Positions 55,646 through 64,000 of a DNA stretch of 64,000 nucleotides are shown here, in pieces (within the stretch, counting starts at the first letter, position 1; every line of letters starts with the position of its first letter). The DNA is from Candidatus Omnitrophota bacterium (GTDB lineage Bacteria > Omnitrophota > Gorgyraeia > Gygaellales > Profunditerraquicolaceae), in assembly GCA_030650425.1 (NCBI GenBank), contig JAUSED010000002.1, forward strand, positions 2,388 to 66,387, given 5' to 3'. The notes beneath the pieces are model-generated. The model had not been told where the DNA came from and searched no databases. It was given only the letters and a program-made list of their open reading frames with translations. Position numbers and translations under genes: made by a program.

Positions 55646-55673
55646 AGTATACCATAACCTTAGCCTTTGTCAA
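55646..55673 (-). promoter_or_regulatory. Sigma70 promoter of the pyrR operon
   Basis: TTGACA-N16-TATACT with a TGn extension. Confidence 0.75.
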
Positions 55674-55675
55674 GG

Positions 55676-56329
55676 TTAAATAATCACCACAAATTCACCG
55701 CGGGGTTTTTGACTGGAAAAATGCTCTAAAAGTTCTTTGGCGCTGCCGCGCTTGACCTCTTCGAACTTTTTGGTAAGTTCCCTGCAGAGAACGACTTTAC
55801 GCTCTGCAAAAACTTCCGCGATATCTTGAAGAGTTTTAAGGATGCGGTGGCTGGATTCATAAAAAATTACAGTCAGCTCGAGTTTTTTTAATTCCTTAAG
55901 CCTGTTTTTTCTGGCAACGGCTTTAGCCGATAAAAAACCTTCAAAAATAAACGCATGCGCCGGCTTTCCGGAAAGCACTAGCGCGTTAACCAAAGCCACC
56001 GCGCCCGGAATAACCGTTAAAGGAATATTATGTTCTATCGCCAGATTAATCAGGTTATATCCGGGATCAAGGATGCCGGGAGTACCGGCATCGGAAACCA
56101 GCGCGATATTTTTACCTGCTTTTAAAAGCCCAAGCAGGTATTCTCCTTTGGTAAACCTATTGTGCTGGTAAAAACTAGTGGTGGGTTTATTAATACCATA
56201 GTGATCAAGCAGGATTTTGCTATGCCGCGTGTCTTCACAAGCAATCAAATCCACGCTCTTTAAAACCTCGATTGCCCGCAGAGTTATATCTTTTAAATTA
56301 CCGATAGGTGTAGCGACAATATAAAGCAT
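55676..56329 (-). CDS. rsmI: 16S rRNA C1402 2'-O-methyltransferase
   Basis: LYIVATPIGNLKDIT, CEDTR, SDAGTP, RELTKKFEE. Confidence 0.96.
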   Translation of the reverse strand: MLYIVATPIGNLKDITLRAIEVLKSVDLIACEDTRHSKILLDHYGINKPTTSFYQHNRFTKGEYLLGLLKAGKNIALVSDAGTPGILDPGYNLINLAIEHNIPLTVIPGAVALVNALVLSGKPAHAFIFEGFLSAKAVARKNRLKELKKLELTVIFYESSHRILKTLQDIAEVFAERKVVLCRELTKKFEEVKRGSAKELLEHFSSQKPRGEFVVII

Positions 56330-58167
56330 TATTCAACGGTTACGGATTTGGCGAGATTTCTCGGCTGATCCACGTCGCAGCCGCGCTTGACGGCAATGTG
56401 ATAGGCGATTAATTGCAGAGGAAAAGCCACTAAAAGAGGAGAAAACAGCTCATCTACTTTAGGGATATAAATAACTTCACGGGTCAGCTCTGAAACTTCT
56501 TTGTCTCCTAAGGTGGCGATAGCGATAATTTTTCCGTGCCGGGAGCGGATCTCCTGAATATTCGAAACCATTTTTTCATAGATCTTAGAGGCTGGGGCAA
56601 TGCAAACTACCGCGCGGTATTCATCAATCAAGGCAATCGGACCATGTTTCATCTCTCCGGCAGCATAACCCTCCGCGGGAATATAAGAAATTTCTTTTAG
56701 TTTCAGCGCGCCTTCCAGGGCTGAAGGGTAATTAATGTTTCTCCCCAGATATAAAAATGAACCGAGGTGCGCATGCTTACGGGCGAGCTTAGCGATACTC
56801 TTTTGATCTTTAAGTATCAGCTCCTGCTGTTTAGGTATTTTGCGCAACTCATTCAGGTATTTGCTGATTTTGGTTTCCGGCAGAATATTTCTTATTTCAG
56901 CCAGATAAAAAGCAAATAAATACAGGGCGGTTAACTGCGCGGTATAAGCCTTAGTTGAAGCAACCCCGATTTCCGGCCCGGCGTGCGTATAAATCACGCC
57001 GTCGGATTCACGGGTTAAGGTTGAACCTAAAACATTACAAATAGAGACTACGGTTGAACCGCGTTTCTTGGCCTCCCTGACACCAGCTAAGGTATCCGCG
57101 GTTTCGCCTGACTGGCTGATCGCTATCACCAGAGTTTCCGGGCCGATCAAAAGGTCACGGTATCTAAATTCGCTGGAGACATCTACCTGTGTAGGAATGG
57201 CGCAGATTGAGTCTAAAATATATTTTCCAATTAACCCTGCGTGATAGGCCGTGCCGCAGGCAACGATAAAAATACTCTCTATCCCCTTAAGCTTATCCAC
57301 CGGGATATTCTGCTCTTCAAAGGTTATTTTATTGGTTTGCTTATCTATCCTTGAGTTGATTAAGCTCTCCAAAATTTTTGGCTGTTCGTTAATTTCTTTC
57401 AGCATAAAATGCTCGAAGCCGTTTTTCTGCGCTTGAGTAATATCCCAATTAATATGCGTAGGTTTTTTAAAGATAACCTTGCCGTCTAGGTCAGTAACCT
57501 TAAAACTATCTTTGGCTAAAACAACTATTTCATTCTCATCCAAAAAAATAATGTCTTTAGTCGATTCTAATACGGCCGGGGCGTCCGAGGCGAGAAAATT
57601 CTCTCCGTTACCCACGCCTAAGATCAAAGGGCTGCCGGAACGCGCACCCACCAGTTTCCCCGGCTCTTTTGCGGAAATCACTCCAATAGCAAAAGAACCG
57701 GTTAATAGCTGAATGGCTTGACGCACGGCTTCTTCCAATGGAATATTTTGATAAAATTTTTCGATGAGATGCACGATGACCTCGGTATCGGTCTGGCTGC
57801 GAAAGGTATGGCCTTCTTTAATCAGCTGATTTTTGAGTACCTCGAAATTTTCGATAATGCCGTTATGTGCCAAAGCAAGCTCTCCCTGACAATCTTCGTG
57901 GGGATGGGCGTTGGCTTGATTGGGCTCTCCATGAGTTGCCCAACGGGTGTGGGCGATGCCGATATTGCCCGAAAGAGGCTTGGCTTTAATTATTTTTTCT
58001 AACGCGCTGATTTTCCCCGGAGACTTTCTGATGGATATACCGTTTTTCTTAGGCAGGATGATAGCTATGCCGCTGGAATCGTAACCGCGGTATTCTAGCC
58101 GCTTGAGCCCGGAGAGTAAAATAGGCTGGGCCTCTCTTTCTCCGACATATCCAACTATGCCACACAT
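56329..58167 (-). CDS. glmS: Glutamine-fructose-6-phosphate transaminase
   Basis: MCGIVG, HTRWATHG, SQSGETAD, PRNLAKSVTVE. Confidence 0.98.
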   Translation of the reverse strand: MCGIVGYVGEREAQPILLSGLKRLEYRGYDSSGIAIILPKKNGISIRKSPGKISALEKIIKAKPLSGNIGIAHTRWATHGEPNQANAHPHEDCQGELALAHNGIIENFEVLKNQLIKEGHTFRSQTDTEVIVHLIEKFYQNIPLEEAVRQAIQLLTGSFAIGVISAKEPGKLVGARSGSPLILGVGNGENFLASDAPAVLESTKDIIFLDENEIVVLAKDSFKVTDLDGKVIFKKPTHINWDITQAQKNGFEHFMLKEINEQPKILESLINSRIDKQTNKITFEEQNIPVDKLKGIESIFIVACGTAYHAGLIGKYILDSICAIPTQVDVSSEFRYRDLLIGPETLVIAISQSGETADTLAGVREAKKRGSTVVSICNVLGSTLTRESDGVIYTHAGPEIGVASTKAYTAQLTALYLFAFYLAEIRNILPETKISKYLNELRKIPKQQELILKDQKSIAKLARKHAHLGSFLYLGRNINYPSALEGALKLKEISYIPAEGYAAGEMKHGPIALIDEYRAVVCIAPASKIYEKMVSNIQEIRSRHGKIIAIATLGDKEVSELTREVIYIPKVDELFSPLLVAFPLQLIAYHIAVKRGCDVDQPRNLAKSVTVE

Positions 58168-58182
58168 TGAGCACCTATTTAG

Positions 58183-58257
58183 TGACCCCGACGGGATTTG
58201 AACCCGTGTCGAGAGCTTGAAAAGCTCTTGTCCTAGACCAGGCTAGACGACGGGGTC
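58183..58257 (-). tRNA. tRNA-Glu(TTC)
   Basis: Anticodon arm AGAGC-TTTTCAA-GCTCT; acceptor GACCCCG/CGGGGTC. Confidence 0.95.
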
Positions 58258-58262
58258 GAGCC

Positions 58263-60695
58263 TTATTCTTCCTCTTCAGCAATTACCGGAGCCACGCAGG
58301 AAACCCGGTCTTTATCCTGTAATTTGATCAGGCGGACACCCTGAGAAGAGCGCCCGGTTTCACGGATATCCTTGATCGCGCAACGTAAAAATATACCATT
58401 CTGGGTAATCACCATTAATTCGTCATTATCGCTGACCGTCTTAAGCGTTACCGCCTCGCCGTTTTTATCCGTAACCTTTATATTAATCACTCCCTTACCG
58501 CCGCGCGAGGTAAGCCTATATTCATCGACCGTAGTGCGCTTGGCAAACCCCAATGAAGTAACGGTTAAGATGGCGGAGCCTTTCTGGGGAATAACTAAAT
58601 CAATAACCTCGTCTTTTTTGGCCAAAGATATGGCCTTTACTCCCCGCGCGCCTCTGCCCATATCGCGTACTTTTGCCTCGGGGAACCTGATAGCCTTACC
58701 TTGGCGCGTGCCAATTAATAACTCCTGCTTACCATCAGTAAGCTCAACACCGATTAACGCGTCATCCTTATCTAAGGTAATTCCGAGAATCCCGCCTTTT
58801 CTGGGATTGCCATACGCCTCGAGCTTGGTCTTTTTGATTGAGCCAAGTTTAGTCACCATCACCAGATATTTATCGGCGGAAAATTCTTTAACCGGTATGG
58901 TTGAGCTGATTTTATAGCCCGCGGGCACATCTACTAAATTTATGATAGCCTTGCCTTTAGATGTACGGCTGGCTTGCGGAATCTCATAAACCTTCAGCCA
59001 ATGCACCTGTCCTTTATCGGTAAAAATCAAAAGATAGTCTTTGGTGGAAGCGACAAAGAGGTGTTCAATAAAATCTTCCTCCTTAACTTCGGCTCCCATC
59101 GCGCCTTTACCCCCGCGCTTTTGCTTACGGTAAGCGCTGACCGGCAGGCGCTTAATATAACCGCCGTGGCTGATAGTTACTACCACGTCTTCTTCGGCGA
59201 TTAAGTCTTCTACCTCCAGCTCTTCCACGTCACCGACGATATCTGTGCGGCGCTCATCACCGTATTTCTTCTTCAGCTCCCCTAATTCAGCCTTAATAAT
59301 TTCTTCAATCTTTTTCTCCGAACCCAAAATAGCCCTGCATATCTCAATTTTCTTTAAGAGTTCGGCGTATTCGGCATCCAATTTATCGCGTTCGAGCGCG
59401 GTCAAGCGCTGTAATTGCATCTCCAAGATTGCCTGAGATTGAATTTCCGAAAGTTCGAATTCTTTCATTAAATTTATCTTGGCCGCCTCAACAGACTTCG
59501 AGGTTTTAATAACCTTAATGATCCGGTCGATAAATTTGAGCGCGATCTTTAAGCCTTCCAAAATATGCGCCCGCTTTAATGCCTTATCTAATTCGAATTG
59601 CGTCCTGCGCCGGATAATCACTTTCCGGTGCTCGATGTAACAATCAAGTATCTGCTTTAAATTTAAAACCCGCGGCCTGTTTTCAACCAAGGCGAGCATA
59701 ATGATGCCAAAGGTAGTCTTTAACTGCGTATGTTTGAAAAGCTGATTCAGGATAATCTGCGGCTCGGTATCACGCTTTAATTCCACCACTATTCGCATAC
59801 CGTCTTTATCCGATTCATCGCGGATATCGGAAATACCCTCGATCTTTTTATCATCTACCAAGCCGGCAATTACCTCAATCAGTGTTGATTTCTGCACCTG
59901 ATAGGGAATTTCAGTAAAGACAATTAAGTCTTTACCATTCTTCTGGTGCTCAATCGTTGACCGGGCGCGCACAATAAGTTTGCCGCGTCCTGTATTGTAG
60001 GCCTCTTTAATCCCGCCTTTCCCACAGATGATGCCGCCCGTCGGAAAATCCGGGCCCTTAATATAACGTGTCAGATCCTTAATCTCGGCTGAGGGATTAT
60101 CCAAAAGATAAATAAGCGCATCCGCCACCTCATTTAGATTATGCGGCGGAATATTGGTGGCCATGCCCACGGCAATACCGCTTGAGCCATTGACCAAAAG
60201 ATTAGGTAAGGCTGCGGGTAACAAAAGCGGCTCTTTGAGCGAGGCGTCGAAGTTCGGCCCGAAATTGACTGTATCTTTTTCAATGTCGCCTAGCATATCG
60301 TCGCTAATCGCAGCCATCCTTGCCTCGGTGTAGCGCATAGCTGCAGCAGCATCTCCGTCGACCGATCCGAAGTTTCCTTGACCGTCAACCAACGGATAAC
60401 GCAAGGAAAAATCCTGCGCCATTCTCACTAAAGTATCATACACCGCCACGTCACCGTGCGGATGATATTTCCCGAGGACTTCGCCGACGATACGAGCGCA
60501 TTTCTTGTAGGGCTTGGAGTGATCCAGATTCAGATCCTGCATAGCGTAAAGAATCCTTCTATGCACGGGCTTGAGACCGTCGCGCACATCCGGAAGCGCG
60601 CGGCCGACGATTACGCTCATCGCGTAATTCAAATATGAATCCTTAACCTCTTCTTCGATATAGACTGAAATAATTTTTTCGTTGCGCGTATACAT
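58263..60695 (-). CDS. gyrA: DNA gyrase subunit A
   Basis: YHPHGD, AAMRYTE, GyrA box QKRGGKG. Confidence 0.98.
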   Translation of the reverse strand: MYTRNEKIISVYIEEEVKDSYLNYAMSVIVGRALPDVRDGLKPVHRRILYAMQDLNLDHSKPYKKCARIVGEVLGKYHPHGDVAVYDTLVRMAQDFSLRYPLVDGQGNFGSVDGDAAAAMRYTEARMAAISDDMLGDIEKDTVNFGPNFDASLKEPLLLPAALPNLLVNGSSGIAVGMATNIPPHNLNEVADALIYLLDNPSAEIKDLTRYIKGPDFPTGGIICGKGGIKEAYNTGRGKLIVRARSTIEHQKNGKDLIVFTEIPYQVQKSTLIEVIAGLVDDKKIEGISDIRDESDKDGMRIVVELKRDTEPQIILNQLFKHTQLKTTFGIIMLALVENRPRVLNLKQILDCYIEHRKVIIRRRTQFELDKALKRAHILEGLKIALKFIDRIIKVIKTSKSVEAAKINLMKEFELSEIQSQAILEMQLQRLTALERDKLDAEYAELLKKIEICRAILGSEKKIEEIIKAELGELKKKYGDERRTDIVGDVEELEVEDLIAEEDVVVTISHGGYIKRLPVSAYRKQKRGGKGAMGAEVKEEDFIEHLFVASTKDYLLIFTDKGQVHWLKVYEIPQASRTSKGKAIINLVDVPAGYKISSTIPVKEFSADKYLVMVTKLGSIKKTKLEAYGNPRKGGILGITLDKDDALIGVELTDGKQELLIGTRQGKAIRFPEAKVRDMGRGARGVKAISLAKKDEVIDLVIPQKGSAILTVTSLGFAKRTTVDEYRLTSRGGKGVINIKVTDKNGEAVTLKTVSDNDELMVITQNGIFLRCAIKDIRETGRSSQGVRLIKLQDKDRVSCVAPVIAEEEE

Positions 60696-60698
60696 AGA

Positions 60699-63961
<3,263 letters not shown>

Positions 63962-64000
63962 TAAATCCCTGATGACAACTTCGATTGTATCCTTAATTTT

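Noticed and set aside
58168-58182. glmS ribozyme
   Set aside because: Only 15 nt separate tRNA-Glu from the glmS start, leaving no room.
44864-58257. tRNA-anchored integrated element or prophage
   Set aside because: No integrase, no duplicated tRNA 3' end, and the flanking genes are housekeeping.

Overview
A 64 kb bacterial chromosomal window with moderate GC, in which every credible gene is on the minus strand. Gene content and the giant gene suggest a PVC-group or Omnitrophota-like lineage (inference), and gyrB/gyrA/dciA suggest a position near the origin. The left third holds a >3,199-aa modular surface protein that runs off the window and is missed by the ORF track, then a DUF2341 protein, a Schlafen/AlbA_2-like regulator, a NarL-type two-component pair, two secretins, a GspC-like protein, an ExeA ATPase and a small MerR-like HTH protein. 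The rest is mostly housekeeping: folE, mnmE, folC, purH, an EF-G paralog, kamA plus two ATP-grasp ligases, hypCDE and a truncated hypF, pyr genes with a PyrR attenuator, half of carB, glmS, gyrA, intein-containing gyrB and four tRNAs. The most unusual signal is a dispersed family of short palindromes, GGNNAC(A/T)GTNNCC. Six loci form 23-bp-period arrays of GGAAACWGTTTCC separated by exactly 10-nt spacers; the spacers come from a small pool and are reshuffled, inverted and recombined between loci. Related hairpins sit in frame inside at least five unrelated proteins, and a distinct 96-bp palindrome fills the GyrB intein linker. No transposase or recombinase that could drive this is visible in the window. 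Product calls rest on motif recognition, not database searches.
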